A stretch of DNA of 64,000 nucleotides from Candidatus Omnitrophota bacterium (GCA_041648915.1 JBAZOC010000002.1:2175-66174); one strand, 5' to 3'. Positions 33,727 through 42,751 are shown, counted from the first letter of the stretch. Notes: a model not told the origin generated them from the sequence alone. Made by a program: numbers and translations.

Positions 33727-34578
33727 ATGAAACAGATTGCAGTCATCAGCGGGAAAGGCGGTACAGGTAAGACCGTAATCACGGGGGCATTTGCGGCATT
33801 AGCGAGAAATAAAGTTATGGCTGATTGCGATGTGGACGCTGCGGATTTACATTTATTATTACAACCAAAAATTAAGGAACGCCATGACTTCAAAAGTGGT
33901 TTAAGCGCTGCAATTGACAAAAAAATCTGCCAGCAATGCGGGAAGTGTATCGCAGCCTGTAGATTCTCTGCTATAAGCGCTAGTTTTGTTATTGACCATG
34001 TTTCCTGTGAAGGGTGCGGTTTTTGCAGCCATATTTGCCCGGTGGGGGCCATTAAGATGGAAGAGAATCTTGCGGGAGAGTGGTTTATTTCTGAAACACG
34101 ATTTGGCCCTTTGGTGCACGCCAAGCTTGGGATCGCCCAAGAGAATTCGGGCAAACTTGTTTCCTTAGTTAGGGTGCAGGCAAAAGAACTGGCCGAAAAG
34201 AATAGCTGCGATTGGGTAATTATTGACGGCGCTCCGGGTATAGGTTGCCCGGTTATTGCTTCACTTTCAGGTATCGATTGCGCGGTAGTGGTAACTGAGC
34301 CCACGTTGTCCGGCTTGCATGATGCGTTAAGGGTTATAGAAGTAACCAGGCATTTTAATGTCCCCTCGAGGTTAGTAATTAACAAGTATGATTTAAACCC
34401 GGATATGTCAGGTAAAATAGAAAAATATTGCGTAAAAAACGAGATTTCTTTAATCGGTAAAGTCAGGTTTGATAAAATAGTAGTAGAAGCCATGGTGGAG
34501 GGTAAGACTATCATGGAGTATAAGGATACGCCAGTTAAAGATGAAATCAATGAAATATGGGACAAACTACAGGTTTAA
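33727..34578 (+). CDS. MinD/ParA-type P-loop ATPase with an inserted ferredoxin domain (second copy)
   Basis: ISGKGGTGKT Walker A plus CQQCGKCIAACR and CEGCGFCSHICP motifs. Confidence 0.85.
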   Translation: MKQIAVISGKGGTGKTVITGAFAALARNKVMADCDVDAADLHLLLQPKIKERHDFKSGLSAAIDKKICQQCGKCIAACRFSAISASFVIDHVSCEGCGFCSHICPVGAIKMEENLAGEWFISETRFGPLVHAKLGIAQENSGKLVSLVRVQAKELAEKNSCDWVIIDGAPGIGCPVIASLSGIDCAVVVTEPTLSGLHDALRVIEVTRHFNVPSRLVINKYDLNPDMSGKIEKYCVKNEISLIGKVRFDKIVVEAMVEGKTIMEYKDTPVKDEINEIWDKLQV

Positions 34579-34581
34579 ATT

Positions 34582-35580
34582 ATGGATTCTGTAAATAAAC
34601 GGGATATGCACATATTAAAATATTTTTCATCGTTGGTAAGTATTTCTCATGGGCAAGTGATCAATATTACTGAGCCAACGCTTATGTTTTGTCCATTGGC
34701 AAAGCACCTGTATAAAGATTTTAGCAACGTAGGGGACAATGACAAAGAAGCTATTAAAAGCGCTATAAAAAGCGTGATTGAATCAAAAATAAGAGATTAT
34801 GGTTTTTTCACCGAGAAAAGAAAATTTTCATTTAATGATGTGGCAATACCATATGGCGCATCGGAGATGCTTAGTCTCGCGTTAGGAAAAAAGGCGATTG
34901 ATGCGGCAGTTGTCGTTTGCGAAGGTGCAGGAACAGTTATTGCAGATACGCCGAAAATTGTCCAGGGAATAGGCGCACGAATGAATAGCTTGTTATTGAC
35001 ATCGCCCATTAAAGGGATTATTGAAAAACTTAAAAATTCTGGTTGCCGGGTAATATTTGAAGACGCGCTTATTGATCAGTTTCAGGGAACCCGGGAAGCG
35101 CTAAGGGCAGGATATAAGACTATTGCCGTTACTGTAAGCGGTCATGCAGCCGAGGATTTGAAGAGGTTACGTTTATTAGAAGAAGAACACGGCGTCAGAA
35201 TAATTTTATTGGCGGTATGCACAACGGGTGTAGCTAAAGACAAAATCGCCAGGATACGCGATTACGCTGATCTAGTGTGGAGCTGCGCTTCTTTTGATAT
35301 ACGCCGGATGATCGGGCCTTTAGCGAAGTATCAACTTTCCAAACAAATACCTGTTTTTGTGCTTACTAAGAACGGGGTAGATTTTGTTTCTTCCTGCGCA
35401 GAAGAAAGCGAACTAGTGAAAAGTCTGGATACAAGAAAACAGTACCTTTTCTCAAATGAGCTTAGCGGGCAATGCCTTCATCTCGGAAGTTTTAAAGCAT
35501 TTATCAGCGAATCTAAACTGCCGGTTAACGCCCATAAGATGCCGAGCTTTGAAGGTAAGAATGAATACGCGCCGGCATAG
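34582..35580 (+). CDS. conserved hypothetical protein (possibly DUF2099 / methanogenesis-marker-8-like; tentative)
   Basis: Long clean ORF, tightly spaced. The AAVVVCEGAGTVI motif resembles what I recall of DUF2099, but I cannot verify this. Confidence 0.5.
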   Translation: MDSVNKRDMHILKYFSSLVSISHGQVINITEPTLMFCPLAKHLYKDFSNVGDNDKEAIKSAIKSVIESKIRDYGFFTEKRKFSFNDVAIPYGASEMLSLALGKKAIDAAVVVCEGAGTVIADTPKIVQGIGARMNSLLLTSPIKGIIEKLKNSGCRVIFEDALIDQFQGTREALRAGYKTIAVTVSGHAAEDLKRLRLLEEEHGVRIILLAVCTTGVAKDKIARIRDYADLVWSCASFDIRRMIGPLAKYQLSKQIPVFVLTKNGVDFVSSCAEESELVKSLDTRKQYLFSNELSGQCLHLGSFKAFISESKLPVNAHKMPSFEGKNEYAPA

Positions 35581-35609
35581 ATAAAGAATTTTACAAGGGA
35601 GATACTCCT

Positions 35610-36005
35610 ATGGGAAATGAAAGCAATAAAGAAGAAACTATAGGCTATCCTAAAAAAGTTGTTGAGCTTTTGAATAATCCGCAGTTCTTTGGCAGAATGA
35701 ACGACCCAACAGCCTCGTCATATTTAAAAGGGCCTTGCGGGGATGCTATGGAATTTTATCTAGTAATAGAAAATAAAAGGATTACCGATATCAGGTATTA
35801 TACAAATGGATGCGGCGCTACAAGGGCCTGCGCGGCAATGGTTGCGCATTTGGCTTACGGCAAAACCATTAAGGAAGCATTAAATATTTCCGCGGGAGAG
35901 GTAATTGCACAGTTGAAAGGGTTGCCCGAAGATCATTTACATTGTTCGATACTTTCTGTAAGTACTCTTTATAGGGCCATAGCGGATTATCTGCTCAAGA
36001 AGTAG
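35610..36005 (+). CDS. IscU/NifU-N-type Fe-S cluster scaffold protein
   Basis: Three ligand cysteines in GPCGD, NGCGAT and HLHCS, the standard IscU spacing. Confidence 0.85.
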   Translation: MGNESNKEETIGYPKKVVELLNNPQFFGRMNDPTASSYLKGPCGDAMEFYLVIENKRITDIRYYTNGCGATRACAAMVAHLAYGKTIKEALNISAGEVIAQLKGLPEDHLHCSILSVSTLYRAIADYLLKK

Positions 36006-36076
36006 CAGCTCATTAAGCTTTAATTATGCATTGTTTCTAGCCGGGAAGAAGAAATTTAAATCAGTCGTGATAAACC

Positions 36077-36868
36077 ATGAAGCCAGTGTTTAAATATATT
36101 TATGGCCCAGTACCATCCTGGAGATTAGGGAGTTCTCTAGGCGTAGATCTACTTTCTCAGGAAGAAAAAATCTGTAACTTTGATTGTGTTTATTGTCAGC
36201 TTGAGCCGGCTAAAAAGCATGTGGTGGAAAGGAAAATTTATGTGCCACTGGAAAAAATTATCGGAGAGTTCAAAACACTTCCCGATGTAGGTATAGATTA
36301 TGTTACTTTTTCCGGCAGAGGGGAGCCTACCCTGGCAGCTAATTTAGGCCAGGCGATAGAAGCAATAAAATCAATCCGTAAAGAGCCGGTTGCAGTTTTA
36401 ACTAATAGTTCTTTAATCGGGCTGGATGGAGTAAGAGAGGAACTTATTTTGGCAGATTTTGTTATCGCTAAACTAGATGCTTGCTCTCTGAAGTCCTTAC
36501 AGGAAATTAACAGGCCAGCCCGGGGGGTAGAGTTCAGTAGCATTTTAGATGGCCTAAAAAAATTCAGGAAAAATTACCCGGGGAAATTCGCCTTGCAAAT
36601 AATGTTTAGTGAAAGCAACAAACTGGATAGCAATAAGTATATCTATTTGGCAAATTATATTCAGCCGGATGAAATTCAAGTTAATACGCCGTTACGGCCT
36701 TGTAACGTCAAGCCGTTGGCAAAGGAAGAAATCTTAAGGATAAAAGATTATTTTATTTCCGCTTGCAAAGGAATTAATATAGTCTCCGTTTATGACGATA
36801 GAATGTTTAAAGATATAGCGTCCATCAGCAGTAAAGATACATTAAAAAGAAGAGGTAAAGTAAAATGA
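36077..36868 (+). CDS. radical SAM protein (paralog of 16096..16815)
   Basis: YGPVPSWRLGSSLGVDL....ICNFDCVYCQLE and FSGRGEPTL, collinear with the 16096 protein. Confidence 0.85.
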   Translation: MKPVFKYIYGPVPSWRLGSSLGVDLLSQEEKICNFDCVYCQLEPAKKHVVERKIYVPLEKIIGEFKTLPDVGIDYVTFSGRGEPTLAANLGQAIEAIKSIRKEPVAVLTNSSLIGLDGVREELILADFVIAKLDACSLKSLQEINRPARGVEFSSILDGLKKFRKNYPGKFALQIMFSESNKLDSNKYIYLANYIQPDEIQVNTPLRPCNVKPLAKEEILRIKDYFISACKGINIVSVYDDRMFKDIASISSKDTLKRRGKVK

Positions 36869-37761
36869 AGACATATTTGGATTGTATTCCTTGCTTCTTT
36901 AGGCAGGCGCTTGAGGGCGCGCGGATCATTAAAGCATCTCCAGGCCAGCAAAAGTGGATTATAGATGGATTTGCCAGAAAAATACCTAAAATTTCACTTA
37001 AATCCAGTCCCCCTGAGATAGCCAGACTCGGGTACGCTCTTTTAAAAAAGATAAGTCCCCAGGGGGATCCTTATAAGGAAATAAAACAAAAAAGTAACCG
37101 TATTGCTTTAAGGCTATTAGGTAAATTAGAAAATAAGGTAGACCATTCACGGGACAGGCTTTTAACGGCATTAGAATTAGCTATCGCCGGCAACATTATA
37201 GATTTTGGCGTAAAGAATGATTTGGACGTGAAAGCGGAATTAAAGAAGATACTCGCAGAAGAAGGCAGGGCTATCCGCAAGAAAACCAAATTTCATTATT
37301 CAGAGTTCAGGCGAACCTTGAAAGGCGCAAAAAATATCTTATACCTGGCGGATAACGCGGGAGAGGTGGTCTTTGACCGGGTCTTGGTTGAAGAAATAAA
37401 AAAAGAGTATCCGGATAAGGACATTTATTACGCTGTTAAAGCAAAACCTGTTATAAATGATGCGTTGTTTGAAGATGCAAAAGCTTGCGGAATTAATAAG
37501 ACGGCTCGGCTTATCTCTAATGGTACGGACGCCCCGGGAACGCTGCTCACTTTATGCTCAAAAGAATTTAAGCTGCTCTATAATAGCGCGGATATGATAA
37601 TTAGCAAGGGCCAGGGAAATTTTGAGTCTTTATCGCAGGAAAAAAGGCCCATCTTTTTTTTGTTTATGGTGAAATGCCCGGTAGTGGCTAGAGAGACTAA
37701 ATGCAAAATCGGAAATATAGTATTATTTTATAATTTAAAGAAAAGCCGAGGTTCTAAATGA
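36865..37761 (+). CDS. DUF89 (ARMT1-like damage-control phosphatase) family protein
   Basis: N-terminal CIPC, then LADNAGEVVFD and SKGQGNFESL motifs. ATGA overlap with the upstream rSAM gene. Confidence 0.8.
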   Translation: MKTYLDCIPCFFRQALEGARIIKASPGQQKWIIDGFARKIPKISLKSSPPEIARLGYALLKKISPQGDPYKEIKQKSNRIALRLLGKLENKVDHSRDRLLTALELAIAGNIIDFGVKNDLDVKAELKKILAEEGRAIRKKTKFHYSEFRRTLKGAKNILYLADNAGEVVFDRVLVEEIKKEYPDKDIYYAVKAKPVINDALFEDAKACGINKTARLISNGTDAPGTLLTLCSKEFKLLYNSADMIISKGQGNFESLSQEKRPIFFLFMVKCPVVARETKCKIGNIVLFYNLKKSRGSK

Positions 37762-38183
37762 AATTGGTCACTAAAAATATCCATTATGCGATTAAGTCGC
37801 TTCTTTATTTTGCTAAGGATCCAGCTCAGGTAATTTCTGTAGATGAGCTGGTAGAGAAATTAAATATGCGCAGAGCTTTTTTACGAAAAATTCTGCAGGC
37901 CTTAAGTAAACAGGGAATACTAAAGTCTTTAAAAGGAAGTGGCGGGGGTTTTAGGTTGAATATTGTGCCGGGTAAAATACGCATTATAGATATAGTAAGT
38001 ATTTTTCGGGATACTAGAGCTATCTTTAGTTGTTTATTTGAGGAAGATGCTTGCCCTCAACCCGACGGATGCCTGTTAATGCAAAGAATGAAAAAGACAG
38101 AGGCTCAATTAAATAAAACATTAAGGCAACTTACCATAGCAAGGCTGTTTAAGAGTATTAACAGGCAGGCTAGAAAAGATTAG
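37758..38183 (+). CDS. Rrf2-family transcriptional regulator with a Cys-x7-Cys-x5-Cys cluster motif
   Basis: N-terminal wHTH (YAIKSLLYFAK...ISVDELVEKLNMRRAFLRKILQALSKQGILKS.KG.GGG) and SCLFEEDACPQPDGC. Confidence 0.85.
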   Translation: MKLVTKNIHYAIKSLLYFAKDPAQVISVDELVEKLNMRRAFLRKILQALSKQGILKSLKGSGGGFRLNIVPGKIRIIDIVSIFRDTRAIFSCLFEEDACPQPDGCLLMQRMKKTEAQLNKTLRQLTIARLFKSINRQARKD

Positions 38184-38193
38184 CCTGTTTTTT
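38166..38193 (+). terminator. intrinsic terminator overlapping the Rrf2 stop
   Basis: 7-bp stem caggcta/tagcctg followed by tttttt. Confidence 0.6.
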
Positions 38194-38209
38194 AAAAGGC
38201 GGTTTTTAG

Positions 38210-38923
38210 ATGCGGATAAAAGTAATTTTTGATAAAGGCGCTTTGGGGAAAGACCTGCATACCGGTTGGGGCCTCTCTTTTTTAGTTGACGAGAAGGTAT
38301 TGTTTGATACCGGCGAAAATGGAGAATGGCTTATTGAAAACATGCGCTCTCTGGGAGTTGATATAAACAAGATCGAAGCGGTAGTAATCTCTCATGACCA
38401 TTGGGACCATACCGGAGGCTTGTGGAGAATATTGAAAGAAAAAAAAGGGCTTAAACTATATGGCTGTTCCGGTTTTAGCAATGAATTTAAAGATAAGGTA
38501 AAAGCGGCGCAGGCGAAGCTTATCGAAGTTGCAAAAGTTACAGAGATTACGCCGGGTATTTATACTACGGGAGAAATACCCGGTATTTACCATGGCAAAT
38601 ATATGCCTGAACAAGCAGTAGCATTAAAGACACAAAATGGGCTTACTGTAATCACAGGATGCGCCCATCCTGGAATCCTCAAAATACTAGAGAAGCTGAA
38701 GGCAGGGTTTTTAGCTGAGCCTATTTATCTTGTATTGGGCGGATTCCACCTGATGGAATCAGAGAAAAGGGCAATAGAGGTAGTAGCCGAAAATTTTAAG
38801 AAGATCAATATAATAAAAGCCGGTCCTACGCATTGCTCCGGAGATATGGCAGAAGGCATTTTTAAGAAATATTATGAAGGAGATTTTGTTTCGGTCAAAG
38901 CGGGGCAGGAGATAGAGGTCTAA
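38210..38923 (+). CDS. MBL-fold metallo-hydrolase
   Basis: ISHDHWDHTGG (HxHxDH) motif and a later GCAHPG motif. Confidence 0.8.
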   Translation: MRIKVIFDKGALGKDLHTGWGLSFLVDEKVLFDTGENGEWLIENMRSLGVDINKIEAVVISHDHWDHTGGLWRILKEKKGLKLYGCSGFSNEFKDKVKAAQAKLIEVAKVTEITPGIYTTGEIPGIYHGKYMPEQAVALKTQNGLTVITGCAHPGILKILEKLKAGFLAEPIYLVLGGFHLMESEKRAIEVVAENFKKINIIKAGPTHCSGDMAEGIFKKYYEGDFVSVKAGQEIEV

Positions 38924-38927
38924 TAAA

Positions 38928-39569
38928 ATGGATAAGAACATTTTAAGGGAATTAAAGGCGCACGCGCCTTTTACAATATTTGGCGCAATTACGGGAATAA
39001 TTATTATGGCATTTTCATTGAAGCTGCCCTATAAGGTTTCCTATAATATTTTTTATGTGCTTCATCCGTTACATGTATTTTTAAGCGCATTGGTTACAGC
39101 GGCGATGTATAAACTCCATACGTGTCCTCGAATAGGAAGCAGTTGTATTAAAGGACGCTGCAACTTTTGGGCTTTGATCGCCATAGGTTACATTGGTTCC
39201 GTGGGTATTGCCACCATAAGCGATTCATTGATTCCTTACGTGGCTGAGTCCATGCTCGGCATGCCTAATAGGGGGATGCATTTTGGCTTTATCGAAAAAT
39301 GGTGGTTAGTTAATCCTTTGGCTATGATAGGCATAGCCGTAGCTTACTATAAGCCAACAACAAAATTTCCCCACAGCCTCCATGTATTATTAAGCACGTG
39401 GGCGTCTTTATTCCATATAATCATGGCGAAGGTTGAAGTTGCAAGCTGGTTTTCCTTTATTACTATCTTTATATTCTTATTCTTAGCGGTCTGGCTTCCC
39501 TGTTGCGTAAGCGATATAGTTTTTCCGTTAGTATTTGTAAAAGATAATAAAAAATATAAAAGGTTTTAA
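38928..39569 (+). CDS. hypothetical membrane protein with duplicated H-[PS]-L-H-V-[FL]-L-S motif (candidate metal transporter)
   Basis: About 6 hydrophobic segments. LHPLHVFLSAL at aa 45-55 and PHSLHVLLSTW at aa 148-158. Confidence 0.6.
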   Translation: MDKNILRELKAHAPFTIFGAITGIIIMAFSLKLPYKVSYNIFYVLHPLHVFLSALVTAAMYKLHTCPRIGSSCIKGRCNFWALIAIGYIGSVGIATISDSLIPYVAESMLGMPNRGMHFGFIEKWWLVNPLAMIGIAVAYYKPTTKFPHSLHVLLSTWASLFHIIMAKVEVASWFSFITIFIFLFLAVWLPCCVSDIVFPLVFVKDNKKYKRF

Positions 39570-39572
39570 GAT

Positions 39573-39944
39573 ATGCATGAAACAAGATTTATTAATGAAA
39601 TATTTACTATTTTAAAGCAGGAGTTGAGTAAAACTACGGCTGCGGGGCAGATTGTGGTTAATGCCCGTTTAAGCCCCTTTAGCCATGTCGCTGCCGGGAG
39701 CTTGCAAGAATCTTTTAAGGAGTTGCTTAAGGGGGAGAACCTTAAGCATGTGCGCCTTAAAATCCTGCCTCTGGAGATCCTGTTAGAGTGTAAAGATTGC
39801 AAGCGGAGCACCCGAATTACCAAAAAAGTATTCGGTTGCCCTTTTTGTAAGAGTGCCGATGTTAATATCCAAATGGATAAAGAGTTTTTCGTTGAATCAA
39901 TAGAGTTTATACATAAAGAGGAGGGGCCAAAAAACAGGGATTAA
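39573..39944 (+). CDS. hypA: HypA/HybF-like nickel/zinc metallochaperone
   Basis: MHE N-terminus and a C-terminal zinc ribbon CKDC...CPFC. Confidence 0.7.
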   Translation: MHETRFINEIFTILKQELSKTTAAGQIVVNARLSPFSHVAAGSLQESFKELLKGENLKHVRLKILPLEILLECKDCKRSTRITKKVFGCPFCKSADVNIQMDKEFFVESIEFIHKEEGPKNRD

Positions 39945-39984
39945 TATTTGAGCATTTATCCGGCAGCCAGGGCGGGGTGAGCGT

Positions 39985-40302
39985 ATGCTGAATTTTAAAC
40001 AGATTGATGAAGCCAGAAGAATATTAGGTTTAGACGAAGAGGCAAGCGCAGAAGAAATTAAGCATGCGTTTAGAGCTTTAGCCCTTAAATACCATCCTGA
40101 TAGATGCAGGGGGAAGGATAAGAAACGCTGCGAAGAAAAGTTTAAAAAAATCAACCAGGCAAAAGATATTATTGAAAGCTACCGCACAAATTACAGGTAT
40201 TCATTTAAAGAAAAAGAGGTGAAGAAGAATACTATGTCTAAAGAGGAATATGAGCATCTTAAACGGTTTTATGACGGTTGGTTCGGAGATTTAGATTTAT
40301 GA
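39985..40302 (+). CDS. J-domain (DnaJ-like) protein
   Basis: EEIKHAFRALALKYHPDR J-domain signature; no Zn-finger or CTD. Confidence 0.8.
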   Translation: MLNFKQIDEARRILGLDEEASAEEIKHAFRALALKYHPDRCRGKDKKRCEEKFKKINQAKDIIESYRTNYRYSFKEKEVKKNTMSKEEYEHLKRFYDGWFGDLDL

Positions 40303-40922
40303 GCGATGTTTTCGGCAGATACTATAAAAAATATGACGCATGGTATGATAAACATAAATTTGCTTTTTTATCAGAAATAGAGGCAATAAAAAAAATCCTG
40401 CCGCAGAATGAAAAAGGTTTGGAAATCGGAATAGGCACAGGCAGATTTGCCGCGCGTCTTGGTATTGCCATGGGGATAGACCCTTCAGGCAAAATGCTCA
40501 AGATTGCTCAAGAGAGGGGGGCGCATGTCTGTTTGGGCCTCGGCGAAGATATCCCTTTTTTGAATGAGGCTTTTGGTTATGTAGCGATTATTATTACTCT
40601 ATGTTTTGTAAAGAACCCCAAAAAAGTTATCGAAGAAGCAGCCCGGGTTTTAAAGAAAAATGGAAAAATAATAATTGGCATAGTAGATAAAGAAAGCTTT
40701 CTGGGGGAATTCTACCGGAGAAAGAAAAGCGCGTTTTATACAGCGGCAAAATTCTTAAGCGTGAAAGAGGCTGCGGACTTGCTTAAGGAAGCCGGTTTTG
40801 CCCGTTTTTTTTATTATCAGACAATATCTATTTTACCTGATGAGATGAGTTCAGTCGAGAAACCCAAAAAAGGCTTTGGCCAGGGCGGGTTTGTCGTAAT
40901 TTCAGGGGAGATTCCTAAATGA
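40299..40922 (+). CDS. class I SAM-dependent methyltransferase
   Basis: GLEIGIGTGRFA motif I, then GIDPS and LKKNGKIIIG. ATGA overlap with the J-domain gene. Confidence 0.78.
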   Translation: MSDVFGRYYKKYDAWYDKHKFAFLSEIEAIKKILPQNEKGLEIGIGTGRFAARLGIAMGIDPSGKMLKIAQERGAHVCLGLGEDIPFLNEAFGYVAIIITLCFVKNPKKVIEEAARVLKKNGKIIIGIVDKESFLGEFYRRKKSAFYTAAKFLSVKEAADLLKEAGFARFFYYQTISILPDEMSSVEKPKKGFGQGGFVVISGEIPK

Positions 40923-41098
40923 AAACCTATTTAAATAAATGTTGGATAGCTTTATCTTTTATACACAAGATTTGCCCTTTCTGCGTAATGGCCCGTAAAT
41001 TTCCGCAATCTAAATTTGCAAAAATAGTTTTTCTCTGGGGCAGGGTTTGCCCCTGTTGCGCTATTTTCTTTTTGGCAAAGAAGAAAAAGCTTATTTAA
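40919..41098 (+). CDS. 59-aa Cys-rich small ORF (CPFC ... CPCC)
   Basis: Just under the ORF-track cutoff; found by hand. Its ATG overlaps the upstream TGA (ATGA). Translation: MKTYLNKCWIALSFIHKICPFCVMARKFPQSKFAKIVFLWGRVCPCCAIFFLAKKKKLI. Confidence 0.45.
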   Translation: MKTYLNKCWIALSFIHKICPFCVMARKFPQSKFAKIVFLWGRVCPCCAIFFLAKKKKLI

Positions 41099-41217
41099 TA
41101 TCTCTTCCCTAGTAGCCTACCCGATTATTCTTTAAGCTACCTATAATCTATGCTAAAATTAACTGGAAGCGTAAGGCCCAGCGCAGCGAAAGATGGGGTT
41201 TTGCTTAGAGAAACGTT

Positions 41218-42594
41218 ATGAAAAAAATATTAATCAGTGAATTATTAATAATTCCCGCGGTTCTCTATGCCTCAAGCCATATTAGGGATCCTTTTATTTT
41301 TATTATCTTTTTAAATATAGCACTCTGGGTATTATTTACTACTCTACTGACGGTAGTTTTTTTAAAGCTTTTTTTACGAGGTAAAAGATTATCGGCAATC
41401 AGTGCTATTTTTGTAATCATTATTTTTTTATTGATAATTTTTCGTTCAGGTATTCATATATTCATCCAGGCCCCTGCGGATGAAAGGCTTAAGTCTCTGC
41501 CGTATTTGACCTGGGCCCCGGTCCAGGGAGAAAATAGCCAAAAAACTGGCGTTACCAAATATAACCGTAAACTATCCTGGGAAGGTGTAAATATCTATAA
41601 TTCCCGTAATTTACCGGCAGCCTACCTGATAGATATGTCCGGCAATGTCCTGCATACCTGGTCAGCTAAAATTAATCAAGAGGATAGCTGGCAGCAGATA
41701 AAATACCGGGGAGACGGGGACTTATTGGCCATGGTCAAGGACAAACTGCTTATTAGGCTGGATTGGAATTCTAAAGTTAAGTGGTTCAGCAAAATGCGCT
41801 TCCACCATGATATGGATGTAGACAGGGATGAAAAGATCTGGGTTTTAGCCCGAAGGGATGAAGTTGTTTTTATATCCGGTATCCCGGTGCCGATACTGAA
41901 TGATTATATCGTCGTTTTGTCTCCTGACGGAAAGATCGAGCGCGAGGTCTCATTTTTTAAGCTGTTAAAAAATGAAGTCAAGGCGGACAGGATAATTAGC
42001 ATCTACCACTATATTTTGAGTCCGGATTTTATAATTTCACTATTAAAGCGTAAAATAAAGGGGGAGCCTGTCTTAGGCGAGGAGGAATACCTTTTTGATA
42101 TTTTTCATGCCAATGCTATCGAGGTAATAGACCAGGATATCCCAGGGGTATGCCGAAAAGGAGACCTGTTGATTTCGCTGCGTAATTTGGACCTTATTGG
42201 GATAGTGGATATTAGAAAAGAAAAGTTGATCTGGAGCTGGGGAAAAAATAACCTAAGCCGGCAGCATCACCCAACCCTGCTTAAAAATCAAAACATCCTG
42301 GTTTTTGATAATGGTTGTCAGAGAAGATATTCGCGCGTAGTAGAGATCAATCCACGGACCAATAAAATCGAGTGGGAATATAAGGCTAGCCCTCCCGAAA
42401 GGTTTTTTTCGGAAGGCAGCGGTTCAAGCCAGCGGTTGCCTAACGGCAATACCCTGATTACCGAGAGCGATAGCGGCTACGTTTTTGAAATTACTCCTGG
42501 CGGAGAAATGGTCTGGGAATTCTATAATCCGCAGATAAGAAAAGAATCTAATTCCCGGGCAGTAATCTATCGTATGTTGCGGATGCGTATGTAA
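41218..42594 (+). CDS. membrane-anchored arylsulfotransferase (ASST)-like beta-propeller protein
   Basis: N-terminal TM segments, then motifs I associate with the ASST family (HHDMDV, FHANAIEV, QHHPTLL.N.NILVFDNG, LITES). Confidence 0.6.
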   Translation: MKKILISELLIIPAVLYASSHIRDPFIFIIFLNIALWVLFTTLLTVVFLKLFLRGKRLSAISAIFVIIIFLLIIFRSGIHIFIQAPADERLKSLPYLTWAPVQGENSQKTGVTKYNRKLSWEGVNIYNSRNLPAAYLIDMSGNVLHTWSAKINQEDSWQQIKYRGDGDLLAMVKDKLLIRLDWNSKVKWFSKMRFHHDMDVDRDEKIWVLARRDEVVFISGIPVPILNDYIVVLSPDGKIEREVSFFKLLKNEVKADRIISIYHYILSPDFIISLLKRKIKGEPVLGEEEYLFDIFHANAIEVIDQDIPGVCRKGDLLISLRNLDLIGIVDIRKEKLIWSWGKNNLSRQHHPTLLKNQNILVFDNGCQRRYSRVVEINPRTNKIEWEYKASPPERFFSEGSGSSQRLPNGNTLITESDSGYVFEITPGGEMVWEFYNPQIRKESNSRAVIYRMLRMRM

Positions 42595-42751
42595 TTTCAT
42601 CCAAGAAAGCCCCGGCACATCGCCGTTATTAAGGACCCAGCCAAATAAATCCTGCCTGATGAGTTCTAGTGGATTTTTCCCTGCATTGTGCTAAAATGAC
42701 TTTATTATGCGTAACGGGTTAGAAAATTAATGGTTAAGAAGGCGCAGTAAG

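Noticed and set aside
33723-34565. 280-aa minus-strand ORF almost coextensive with the + strand ORF 33727..34578
   Set aside because: The + strand product has clear MinD Walker A (GKGGTGKT) and two ferredoxin CxxCxxCxxxCP motifs. The minus-strand product is low-complexity Ser/Thr/Leu/Ile-rich with no motif, which is typical of an antisense shadow ORF.
27831-41098. Magnetosome-type island, given iron-related genes in a possibly Omnitrophota-like organism
   Set aside because: No recognisable mamK/mamB/mamM/mamE/mamP/mad-type proteins are present (no CDF transporters, HtrA-magnetochrome proteases or actin-like proteins).
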